Shown: piece by piece, positions 29,458 to 37,774 of the stretch
Numbering within the stretch: the stretch's first letter is position 1
How the letters are laid out: each line of letters opens with the position of its first letter
Source of the DNA: an uncultured SAR86 cluster bacterium
GTDB lineage: Bacteria; Pseudomonadota; Gammaproteobacteria; Magnimaribacterales; D2472
Assembly (NCBI GenBank): GCA_902635645.1
Contig: CACPON010000001.1
Coordinates: 31,435-95,434 of the forward strand
Reading direction: 5' to 3'
DNA: 64,000 nt
The notes under the pieces: generated by a model
The model's database searches: none
The model's input: the letters and a program-made list of their open reading frames with translations, nothing else
What the model was told of the DNA's origin: nothing
Program-made: the position numbers and the translations under genes

Positions 29458-29466
29458 TGGTATAAT
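29458..29466 (+). promoter_or_regulatory. candidate extended -10 promoter element for petABC
   Basis: TGGTATAAT (TGn + perfect TATAAT) lies 45 nt upstream of the petA ATG. No good -35. Pattern match only. Confidence 0.35.
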
Positions 29467-29510
29467 TCGCTGGTTTTTTTATTACTAAAGTCAAAGCACA
29501 CAAAGGTCTA

Positions 29511-30095
29511 ATGCAAGAAAAAGACAATACTAGAAGAAAGGTTTTAATAGGTTTAACAAGCGCAGTTGGTTTATCAGGCATTCCTTTTGCAGCTACTCCA
29601 TTTATCGCTGCTTGGAATCCAAGCGCTAAAGCAAAAGCAGCTGGAGCATCTGTTAAATTAGATGTATCTAAGATGCAATATGGACAACAAATTCAAGTAG
29701 CATGGAGAAAACAGCCGGTATTTGTTGTTCGTCATACCAAAGAAAGTTTAGAAAATATTGATTCAGCTTTACCTAAATTAGCTGATCCAAATTCTGACCA
29801 AATCGAAGAGCCATACAAAGGTCAAAATCCAACTAGATCAAAAAGTAGTGAATATACCGTTATGGTAGGAGTTTGCACTCATTTAGGATGTTCTCCTAAA
29901 TACCATCCTGAAGTAGAGCCAAAGCCATGGGATGCTTCTTGGGCTGGTGGTTTCTTTTGTCCTTGTCATGGATCAATGTTTGATATGGTTGGAAGAGTTT
30001 ATAAAGGTGTTCCTGCACCAACCAATCTTCCAGTACCTCCTCACTTTTTTGATGGTTCAATTTTAACAATTGGTGAAGACCGAGGAACAGCATAA
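29511..30095 (+). CDS. petA: ubiquinol-cytochrome c reductase Rieske iron-sulfur subunit
   Basis: 194 aa. Tat-type signal (TRRKVL), Rieske boxes CTHLGC and CPCHGS. Confidence 0.93.
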   Translation: MQEKDNTRRKVLIGLTSAVGLSGIPFAATPFIAAWNPSAKAKAAGASVKLDVSKMQYGQQIQVAWRKQPVFVVRHTKESLENIDSALPKLADPNSDQIEEPYKGQNPTRSKSSEYTVMVGVCTHLGCSPKYHPEVEPKPWDASWAGGFFCPCHGSMFDMVGRVYKGVPAPTNLPVPPHFFDGSILTIGEDRGTA

Positions 30096-31312
30096 TGAGC
30101 GAAATGGTTGGAAAATTATTTGGTTGGGTTAATAGCAGACTACCTGTATCTAATACATTTGAAAGACACTTATCAAAGCATCCAGTTCCTTCAAAAGTTA
30201 ACTTTTGGTACCTGTTTGGAGCATTGGCATCTGTCGTATTAATTATCCAAATTGTTTCTGGAATATGGTTAATAATGCCTTATTCAAATACTGAAGAAGA
30301 AGCATTTGCATCAATAGAATATATTATGCGTGATGTTGATTATGGCTGGGTTATTAGATACATGCACACTACAGGTGCATCAATGTTTTTTGCTGTCGTG
30401 TACCTCCACATGTTTAGAGGTTTGTTGTACGGCTCATATCAAAAACCCAAAGAGTTAGTTTGGATTTTTGGATGCACAATATATCTAGCAATGATGGCAG
30501 AAGGATTTCTAGGATATGTTCTTCCTTATGGTCAAATGTCATATTGGGGTGCTCAGGTTATTATTTCATTGTTTGGAGCTATACCTTACATAGGAGAATC
30601 TTTAGAATTATGGATTAGAGGTGACTACTACATATCCGGCATAACAGTATCTAGATTCTTTGCTCTGCATGTTGTTGCTCTACCTTTAGTTCTTATAGCT
30701 TTAGTTTTTTTACATCTAGTAGCATTACATGAAGTTGGAGCAGGCAATCCTGAAGGTGTTGATATTGAAGAACACCTTGATGATGACGGTGTTCCGTTAG
30801 ATAGTGTTCCTTTCTTTCCATACAAAGTCTTGAATGCATTAGTTGGTATTGGTGTTTTCATGACAGTATTTGCAATTATTATGTTCTTCTTCCCTGAGGG
30901 AGGCGGTTACTTTATTGAAATGGCAAACTTTGAAGAAGCTAATCCGCTAGTAACTCCAGAACACATTGCTCCAGTTTGGTATTACTCTCCATATTATGCA
31001 ATGTTGAGAGCTGTTCCAGATAAATTAGGCGGATTGATTGTCATGGGATCAGCAGTTGCAATTTTATTTGTAGTGCCATGGTTGGATAAAAGTAAAGTTG
31101 CATCAATCAGATATAAAGGCATATACAGCAAAGTAGCTTTAGCTTTATTTGGCATTAGCTTTATAACTCTAGGATACTTGGGCACTGTTAGTGTTACTGA
31201 AGTAAGAAAAACAATGAGTGTAATTTGTACGGTAATTTATTTTGCATTTTTCTTATTAATGCCGATTTATACAAAATATGAAAAGACATTAGAAGTGCCA
31301 GAACGACTATGA
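30095..31312 (+). CDS. petB: cytochrome b
   Basis: 405 aa polytopic protein with conserved cytochrome b segments (WNFGS-like FWYLFGA, RYMHTTGASMFF, PEWYF-like PVWYYSPYYA). Confidence 0.95.
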   Translation: MSEMVGKLFGWVNSRLPVSNTFERHLSKHPVPSKVNFWYLFGALASVVLIIQIVSGIWLIMPYSNTEEEAFASIEYIMRDVDYGWVIRYMHTTGASMFFAVVYLHMFRGLLYGSYQKPKELVWIFGCTIYLAMMAEGFLGYVLPYGQMSYWGAQVIISLFGAIPYIGESLELWIRGDYYISGITVSRFFALHVVALPLVLIALVFLHLVALHEVGAGNPEGVDIEEHLDDDGVPLDSVPFFPYKVLNALVGIGVFMTVFAIIMFFFPEGGGYFIEMANFEEANPLVTPEHIAPVWYYSPYYAMLRAVPDKLGGLIVMGSAVAILFVVPWLDKSKVASIRYKGIYSKVALALFGISFITLGYLGTVSVTEVRKTMSVICTVIYFAFFLLMPIYTKYEKTLEVPERL

Positions 31313-32145
31313 TTAAAAAGCAATCAAACATTTTAAATATCAAGCTCAGCAAATTTTTAGTTGCTATTGGCTTGTTAGTATCTATCAACGGTATAGATGC
31401 AGCTGAAGGTGGACCTTGTAAAGATTATGGTGAGTGTGATGAATTTAAATATTCTTTAAATGATATGGCTTCACTACAAAGAGGCGCATCAACATTTTTA
31501 AATTATTGTTACGGTTGTCATTCACTTCAATATTCAAGATGGGGTAGAGTATCTAAAGATCTTCAAATACCAGAAGAAATATTTTTTGATAATCTTGTCT
31601 TTGATAAATCTATAAAGCCTGGTGATTTGATGATTGGGTCTATGTCAAAAGAACAATCAGCACAATGGTTTGGCGTTGCTCCTCCAGATCTTACATTGGT
31701 AAGCAGAGTAAGGGGAGACGATTGGATATACTCATACTTAAGAGCATATTATGAGGACTCGTCTAAACAATATGGAGTTAATAACTTAGTCTATCCTGGA
31801 ACTGCAATGCCTAATGTTTTGATGGCTTTACAAGGAAATCAAAAGTTGGTCTGTAAGGATGTTCCTGTTATTGCAAAAAATGGCGGTGAAAAAAGAGACG
31901 ATTTTGGTAATACCATAACTAAAGAAAAATGTGGATACTTAAAAGTAGATGTGGGTTCAGGCGAGCTAAATAAAGAGGAGTTTGATAGCTTAATCTATGA
32001 CCTAACTAACTTTCTTGTATATGTCGGTGAACCAGCTAAAGCCGAAAGAGAAAGAATGGGCTGGTACGTAATTTTTTATTTTTTAATTTTTACTGCACTT
32101 TCAGCCTTGCTCTACAGAGAGTACCACAAGGATTATCATAAATAA
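31309..32145 (+). CDS. petC: cytochrome c1
   Basis: 278 aa. Signal peptide, heme motif CYGCHS, C-terminal TM anchor. Confidence 0.88.
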   Translation: MIKKQSNILNIKLSKFLVAIGLLVSINGIDAAEGGPCKDYGECDEFKYSLNDMASLQRGASTFLNYCYGCHSLQYSRWGRVSKDLQIPEEIFFDNLVFDKSIKPGDLMIGSMSKEQSAQWFGVAPPDLTLVSRVRGDDWIYSYLRAYYEDSSKQYGVNNLVYPGTAMPNVLMALQGNQKLVCKDVPVIAKNGGEKRDDFGNTITKEKCGYLKVDVGSGELNKEEFDSLIYDLTNFLVYVGEPAKAERERMGWYVIFYFLIFTALSALLYREYHKDYHK

Positions 32146-32158
32146 TTAGGGGAATTAT

Positions 32159-32770
32159 ATGATTTTATATTCAGACAGAGATGACCATTATAGCCAAAGA
32201 GTTAGGATTGTATTAGCTGAAAAAGATATTACCGCTGAAATTCATGAGGCTAAACCTGAAGAAACTCCTGAAGATATTCTTTCAATAAGCCCTTATCATA
32301 AGTTACCAATTCTCGTTGATAGAGATCTTGCAATTCATGATCCTTCTGTAATGATGGAATATTTAGACGAAAGGTTTCCACACCCTCCATTGCTTCCTGT
32401 ATATCCGGTGGCAAGGGCAAACAGCAGAACGTTAATGTTACGTATAGACAGAGAATGGTGTCCAATTGTAGACACATTAATAGCAGGCGAGCTTCCCGAA
32501 AAAGAGTTATTAAAGCTGAGAGAAGAGCTCTTGCATGAAATATCTTCAATTGCTCCAACTTTTAAAGAATTCAAGTTTTTTATGAGCGATGAGTTTACTC
32601 TTGTAGATTGTTGCTTTGCACCTATTCTATGGAGACTTCCTTCTATCGGCATTAAGCTTCCTGTCAACAGACACCTAAAACCTCTCTTAGATTATCAGAA
32701 AGAAGTATTTAAAAGACCTGGATTTTTAGATAGTTTATCTTCCCTTGAGAGGGATCTTAAAGAGGATTAG
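32159..32770 (+). CDS. sspA: stringent starvation protein A (GST-like)
   Basis: 203 aa GST fold. Co-linear with SspA (YSQRVRIVLAEK, ERFPHPPLLPVYPV). Position after rpsI/petABC as in Pseudomonas. Confidence 0.88.
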   Translation: MILYSDRDDHYSQRVRIVLAEKDITAEIHEAKPEETPEDILSISPYHKLPILVDRDLAIHDPSVMMEYLDERFPHPPLLPVYPVARANSRTLMLRIDREWCPIVDTLIAGELPEKELLKLREELLHEISSIAPTFKEFKFFMSDEFTLVDCCFAPILWRLPSIGIKLPVNRHLKPLLDYQKEVFKRPGFLDSLSSLERDLKED

Positions 32771-33722
32771 TTGTATCCGGAGATACGTTCCATAAAGGAA
32801 GATTTCTATTTATACATTGTCCTTTTGAGACTTTTGAAATTCCTGTGTTAAACATCATATTAATGTTGCTAATATTACTTTGATATATCCCTTCAGCTAA
32901 AATAAGGTCTTCAATCAAAGCCTTATTCAACTCATCTTCAATACTTTTAATATCTTTATTTAATGAAATTTTTTCAAAAAGGTAATTTGGTACAGGAATT
33001 ATTACATTTTCAAAATCATTAAATTCTTTTAATGAAGATGCTCCCATTAATAGTTCAGTAGTTGAATAAAATTCAGTACTTATTAAGTAACTTCTAAAAA
33101 TTGGAACAAGACTTTTACCAATATCATAGTCAGTTAAGAAAAAGATCTTATTAAAATCTTTTCTTTCTCTTGGGTTATGATTAATAGTGATATTTCTATC
33201 CAATGATTCCAAACCATTCAGCCTTTTCAAGCTTGATTCAATTCCAGTAATTTGTTGCGAGAAGGCATCAAGATTATTATCTATTAAAAAAAATTTAACT
33301 TCAGGATATTTATCTTCTAAAGTATCTATTCTATTTTTATATTCATTGCTGAATGCAACTATAAGCTTTTCTCTAGAATTATTATTATAAAAAAGTATGT
33401 TTTCGAGTTGATATAATTGATCATCTAAAAAACTATTACAAAAAAATGAAAGATTAGATTCTGTTAATCTATCTTTAAGCTTTTTTCCATTTTCATCAAA
33501 AACAATATTAAATTTATAGTCTGATTCTAATAACGAAGATATAAAATATTCTTTATTCTTATCATTTATTAAATAATTTAATTTTAATTCAGTCCTGCTT
33601 AAAGTTTCTCTAATGTCATTTTCAGTTAAAAAATTTTTCTTGAAATTATTATTAGATCCAGCACAGCTTGTAAGAGCAGCTAATAAAAATACTGTAATAA
33701 ATGTTAAGCTTTGTTTAAACAT
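32757..33722 (-). CDS. lpoA: LpoA-like lipoprotein (short; C-terminal-domain-like only)
   Basis: Start moved to the ATG at 33722, giving MFKQSLTFITVFLLAALTSC with lipobox LTSC. Divergent from rsmI, as lpoA/yraM is. The C-terminal half resembles the LpoA C-domain (..RKDFNKIFFLTDYDIGKSLVPIFRSY..). Confidence 0.5.
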   Translation of the reverse strand: MFKQSLTFITVFLLAALTSCAGSNNNFKKNFLTENDIRETLSRTELKLNYLINDKNKEYFISSLLESDYKFNIVFDENGKKLKDRLTESNLSFFCNSFLDDQLYQLENILFYNNNSREKLIVAFSNEYKNRIDTLEDKYPEVKFFLIDNNLDAFSQQITGIESSLKRLNGLESLDRNITINHNPRERKDFNKIFFLTDYDIGKSLVPIFRSYLISTEFYSTTELLMGASSLKEFNDFENVIIPVPNYLFEKISLNKDIKSIEDELNKALIEDLILAEGIYQSNISNINMMFNTGISKVSKGQCINRNLPLWNVSPDTTNPL

Positions 33723-33739
33723 ATTTAATTTTTTAATAA

Positions 33740-34564
33740 ATGTTAAATTTAATTTCAACACCAATAGGTAATTTAAATGATATATCACTTAGAGCAATTG
33801 AAGCTCTAAAAAGTGCAGATTATATTTTTGCAGAAGATACAAGAAATGCAAAAAAATTATTAAATTTTATTGATTGTAGATCGAAATGTTCTTCTTTTCA
33901 TGAACACAATGAAAGGAAGGTTACTAATCTTATTGTTAAAAAACTTATTGAAGATCAAAACTTAGAAATAGTAATTATCAGTGATGCAGGTACACCAGCA
34001 ATATCTGATCCTGGATATCACCTAATACAAGAATGTATAAAGCACAAAATTAATTTTAGCCACATTCCAGGACCATCTTCAATAATCAATGCAGTTGTTT
34101 TATCAGGACTTCCAACATCAAGTTTTATTTTTTTAGGTTTTGTACCCAAAAAGAAGAATCAAAAAGTTGAATTTATAAGGTCTTTAAAGAAATACTCTGA
34201 AACAATAATTCTTTTTGAATCTGGAAAAAGACTCCCTGAAACAATTCAATATTTGTTTGAAGAGCACCCTCAACATAATAAGATTTCATTGTGTCGAGAA
34301 ATGACTAAAATTCATGAAACCATAGAGAGAGGATCGATAGAGTCAATAAAAGAAAAAATTAATAGTGATGAATTAGTTTTAAAAGGTGAGTTTGTCATTG
34401 TGATAGAAGGCAGCTCTGTAGAATTTAAAAATACAAAATTAGATAAAAAAATACAAAAAGCATTTTTAGAGAATATGCCACCAAAAGATGCGGCAAAGCT
34501 TATATCCATGATTACTAAAGAAAATAAAAGAGATGTTTATAAACAATTGTTAGAACTTGATTAG
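33740..34564 (+). CDS. rsmI: 16S rRNA (cytidine1402-2'-O)-methyltransferase
   Basis: 274 aa. N-terminus LISTPIGNLNDISLRAIEALKSADYIFAEDTR and tetrapyrrole-methylase-like fold. Confidence 0.9.
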   Translation: MLNLISTPIGNLNDISLRAIEALKSADYIFAEDTRNAKKLLNFIDCRSKCSSFHEHNERKVTNLIVKKLIEDQNLEIVIISDAGTPAISDPGYHLIQECIKHKINFSHIPGPSSIINAVVLSGLPTSSFIFLGFVPKKKNQKVEFIRSLKKYSETIILFESGKRLPETIQYLFEEHPQHNKISLCREMTKIHETIERGSIESIKEKINSDELVLKGEFVIVIEGSSVEFKNTKLDKKIQKAFLENMPPKDAAKLISMITKENKRDVYKQLLELD

Positions 34565-34589
34565 CATCTATCTAAAAACTATTTATAAT
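34561..34589 (+). promoter_or_regulatory. candidate rnpB promoter
   Basis: TTAGCA (34561-34566), 17-nt spacer, perfect TATAAT (34584-34589). This places +1 about 7 nt downstream, at the G (34596) that begins the P1 stem. Confidence 0.4.
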
Positions 34590-34595
34590 AGCCAC

Positions 34596-34928
34596 GAGTT
34601 GGTTGGATGATCGCTAACCTAGTTAGAGGAAAGTCCGGACTTCATAGAGCAGGGCGCCAGGTAACACCTGGGAGACGTGAGTCTACGGAAAGTGCAACAG
34701 AAAGTATACCGCCAATATTTTTGGTAAGGGTGAAATGGTGAGGTAAGAGCTCACCGCTTAAGTGGAGACAGTTAAGGCATTGTAAACCCCAGCCCGAAGC
34801 AAGACCAAATAGAAATCCTTTTAAGTTGCTCGCTTAGGATTTGGGTAGGTTGCTAGAATATTGTGGCAACACAGTATCAAGATAGATGATCATCTTTTAC
34901 AGAATCCGGCTTATAGACCAACTCAACT
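34596..34928 (+). ncRNA. rnpB: RNase P RNA, bacterial type A
   Basis: Universally conserved blocks GAGGAAAGTCCGGAC (P4 5' strand), AGGGTGAAATGGTGAGGTAAGAGCTCACC, and ACAGAATCCGGCTTA (P4 3' strand). The 5' GAGTTGGT pairs with the 3' ACCAACTC as P1. About 330 nt. Ends are +/- a few nt. Confidence 0.9.
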
Positions 34929-34949
34929 TTTTAAATCATCTATTATATG

Positions 34950-34984
34950 GTGTGAAAAAGTGTGTAAATGTGTTGCAAAGTGTG
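34950..34984 (+). promoter_or_regulatory. four direct GTGTG/GTGTT repeats at exact 10-bp phasing; putative MraZ operator
   Basis: GTGTGaaaaaGTGTGtaaatGTGTTgcaaaGTGTG. Repeats start at 34950, 34960, 34970 and 34980, and the last ends 24 nt before the mraZ ATG. Possible overlapping promoter: TTGCAA (34973-34978), 17 nt, TATATT (34996-35001). Confidence 0.55.
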
Positions 34985-35008
34985 TAAAAAGGCTATATAT
35001 TTTAATCC

Positions 35009-35476
35009 ATGTATGGTTTTAACACAGTTTCACTTGATCAAAAGGGTAGATTAGCAATTCCTGCTAAATATCGGACCAGTTTTATTCAAAAAAATGAAAC
35101 TCAAATTGTTATAACCAAAGATCCACAATACCCATCATTAAAAATATATCCTCAGTCTCAATGGTTAGAAATTTCATCAAAATTAGAATCTCTTCAAGGG
35201 CTTGACCCAATTGTAAGAAACCTTCAGTGGACTATTTTAGGCAATGCAAGTGTTACGGAATTTGATCCAAAGGGGAGAATGCTAGTCTTAATTCCATCTG
35301 AATTAAGAAAGTATGCAGAATTGATTGATGAAAAGCAGATCTCATTAATTGGTATGGGTAATAAGTTTGAAATATGGAATGTTTCTAACTGGGAAATGAG
35401 ACAAACAGGTGGATCACTAGCAACTGAAATTTTAGATGTAGTTCTTCCAGAGAGCATTAAATCAATGTCTTTTTAA
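35009..35476 (+). CDS. mraZ: transcriptional regulator MraZ
   Basis: 155 aa. Duplicated SpoVT/AbrB-like halves each carrying the D.KGR motif (LDQKGRLAIP and FDPKGRMLV). Confidence 0.93.
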   Translation: MYGFNTVSLDQKGRLAIPAKYRTSFIQKNETQIVITKDPQYPSLKIYPQSQWLEISSKLESLQGLDPIVRNLQWTILGNASVTEFDPKGRMLVLIPSELRKYAELIDEKQISLIGMGNKFEIWNVSNWEMRQTGGSLATEILDVVLPESIKSMSF

Positions 35477-35488
35477 TAGGGGATAAAA

Positions 35489-36598
35489 ATGAATTTTGAA
35501 GTAATAGGGCAAGCAGTAGAAAACGCAAAGATTAAAGTTGTCGGTGTAGGGGGCGCTGGTGGAAATGCTGTTATTCATATGATTAATCATAATATTGAAG
35601 GAGTAGATTTTATTTGTGCTAATACAGATACTCAGGCTCTTTCAATGGCCGATGGAGCAATAACATTAAAACTTGGTAATGGTTTGACAAAAGGGCTTGG
35701 AGCTGGAGCAAATCCAGATGTTGGAAGAAAAGCTGCTGAAAGCGATAGAGCTGCAATAGAAGAATTATTAGTTGGAGCTGATATGATTTTTATAACTGCC
35801 GGCATGGGCGGTGGAACCGGAACTGGAGCAGCCCCGGTAGTTGCATCTATTGCTAAAGATTTGGGAGCACTTACAGTTGCTGTTGTTACAAAGCCGTTTA
35901 AATTTGAAGGTAAAAAAAGAATGACTGCAGCTGAAAAAGGATTAGCTGCTCTTGTTGAAGAGGTTGACAGTCTTGTAACCATCCCCAATCAAAAGTTATA
36001 TGAGATTTTGGGTGAAGATACAGCGATGCAGGATGCATTTGCTAAAGCAGATGATGTACTGAAAGGAGCTGTTCAAGGCATATCAGATATCATCTTAAAA
36101 AAAGGACATATCAATGTCGATTTTGCTGATGTAAAAACTGTTATGTCTGAAAAAGGCATTGCAATGATGGGTACAGGAAGAGCAAGTGGCAAAAATAGAG
36201 CAGAAGCTGCAGCTACTCAAGCTGTAAGAAGTGAATTACTTGAAGATATAAATCTAAAAAATGCAAGAGGCGTCTTAGTTAATATTACTGCAGCAAAACC
36301 AACATTGGGTGATCAGGCAGAGGTTGCTGATATTGTAGAAGAAATTGTTCATGAGGATGCAAATATAATTTATGGACTTGTATATGATGATTCAGTAAAA
36401 GATGATTTGCTGGTAACTATCGTGGCAACTGGTGTTGACCAAAGAGCTCCAAAACTAGTTATCGATAATCAGCCATCAATGCAATTAAATCCCGTTGGAT
36501 TGAATAAAGAACAAACAAGTCAAAAAGGTGGCACATCGTCTGCAGCGGAAATTGATTTCCTTGATGTGCCAACTTTTATGAGAAAGCAAGTAGATTAA
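35489..36598 (+). CDS. ftsZ: cell division protein FtsZ
   Basis: 369 aa. GVGGAGGNAV, tubulin signature GMGGGTGTGAAPVVA, NTDTQAL, and conserved C-terminal peptide DFLDVPTFMRKQVD. Confidence 0.97.
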   Translation: MNFEVIGQAVENAKIKVVGVGGAGGNAVIHMINHNIEGVDFICANTDTQALSMADGAITLKLGNGLTKGLGAGANPDVGRKAAESDRAAIEELLVGADMIFITAGMGGGTGTGAAPVVASIAKDLGALTVAVVTKPFKFEGKKRMTAAEKGLAALVEEVDSLVTIPNQKLYEILGEDTAMQDAFAKADDVLKGAVQGISDIILKKGHINVDFADVKTVMSEKGIAMMGTGRASGKNRAEAAATQAVRSELLEDINLKNARGVLVNITAAKPTLGDQAEVADIVEEIVHEDANIIYGLVYDDSVKDDLLVTIVATGVDQRAPKLVIDNQPSMQLNPVGLNKEQTSQKGGTSSAAEIDFLDVPTFMRKQVD

Positions 36599-36599
36599 G

Positions 36600-37493
36600 A
36601 TGCTGCATTTTCCAGTCTTGCTGGAAGAGTCAGTAGATTTTCTAGTTAACAAGAAAGAAGGCAGCTATATAGATTGCACTTATGGCCGAGGTGGTCATAC
36701 ACAAAAAATTCTAGATACAATTTCCTCCAAGTCTCAATTAACTTCTTTTGATAAAGATTGTGATGCTATTGAGCATGCAAACAATATTCAAAACACTAAC
36801 TTTAAGATCATTCAAGATTCATTTAGCAATATTAATAAATATTTTAGTAAAGATTCAGTAGATGGAATTCTTTATGATTTGGGCACTTGCTCAACTCATT
36901 TTGATGATGCATCTAGGGGTTTCAGTTTTAGGCATAATGGACCTCTTGATATGAGATTTGATACCAAAAAAGGAAAACCATTAGCGGACTGGATCAATAA
37001 AGCAACTGAAAATGATATTAAGGAAGTTTTATATAAATATGGTGATGAAAAGCATGCAAAGCTGATTTCACGAAATATTGTTGAATATCGAAATCAAAAT
37101 ACTCTTGATTCAACATTGCAGCTTGCAAACCTTATTCAAGATATATATCCAGATAAAAAAAATAAAATTCATCCAGCTACAAAATCATTCCAAGCATTCA
37201 GAATTCATTTAAATGACGAATTAACTGAGCTATCAAGCTCTTTAATTCACGCAAAGAGTTTACTCAAAAAAAATGGAATCGTTGTGGTTATTTCTTTTCA
37301 CTCTTTGGAAGATAATATTGTTAAAAATTTTTTTAAAGCTGAAATAAAAAATTATCCTAAAGACATACCAATAAATAATGAAGAGTTTAAAGAATTTGAA
37401 TGTATTGCAAAAAAGGTAAGGCCATCTGCTAAAGAGATTGAACTAAACAATAGATCAAGAAGTGCAATCATGAGAGTATTTAAAAAATTATGA
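36600..37493 (+). CDS. rsmH: 16S rRNA (cytosine1402-N4)-methyltransferase
   Basis: 297 aa. HFPVLLEE, DCTYGRGGHT, DLGTCSTHFD, SFHSLED motifs. Confidence 0.93.
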   Translation: MLHFPVLLEESVDFLVNKKEGSYIDCTYGRGGHTQKILDTISSKSQLTSFDKDCDAIEHANNIQNTNFKIIQDSFSNINKYFSKDSVDGILYDLGTCSTHFDDASRGFSFRHNGPLDMRFDTKKGKPLADWINKATENDIKEVLYKYGDEKHAKLISRNIVEYRNQNTLDSTLQLANLIQDIYPDKKNKIHPATKSFQAFRIHLNDELTELSSSLIHAKSLLKKNGIVVVISFHSLEDNIVKNFFKAEIKNYPKDIPINNEEFKEFECIAKKVRPSAKEIELNNRSRSAIMRVFKKL

Positions 37494-37774
37494 CCAATAA
37501 ACAAAACTCAATACTAATTTTGATGTTATTTTCTATCATCTTTCTCAGTCTTGAAAAAATTAAGCTTTCATTTGAAATAAATAGATTAAATAACAATCAA
37601 GAAAACCTAATCAAAGAGCATGAGTCATTTAAAGATAAAAATATAAAACTTATTACTCAGTCATATACCAATAATTCACCTGCTTACATTGAGCGCATTG
37701 CCAAGGAAGATCTTGGCATGGTTAAACGGAAGCCTAAGATCATAATTAAAAGCACTGCTAATGAAAAAAATTAA
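37490..37774 (+). CDS. ftsL: cell division protein FtsL
   Basis: 94 aa bitopic protein: TM helix followed by a coiled coil. Canonical slot between rsmH and ftsI. Confidence 0.7.
   Translation: MTNKQNSILILMLFSIIFLSLEKIKLSFEINRLNNNQENLIKEHESFKDKNIKLITQSYTNNSPAYIERIAKEDLGMVKRKPKIIIKSTANEKN

Noticed and set aside
31194-31388. 64-aa minus-strand ORF spanning the petB/petC junction.
   Set aside because: It is antisense to two well-supported cytochrome genes that overlap by 4 nt. No independent signal supports it.
35489-36598. Idea that the ftsZ at position 2 is a horizontally acquired extra paralogue or FtsZ-like protein.
   Set aside because: It has every hallmark of the housekeeping FtsZ, including the C-terminal FtsA/ZipA-binding peptide. 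It is tightly packed with 12-nt and 1-nt gaps. No other ftsZ follows ftsA in this window. Its somewhat higher G+C is explained by its Gly/Ala-rich composition. A second copy elsewhere cannot be excluded without the full genome.
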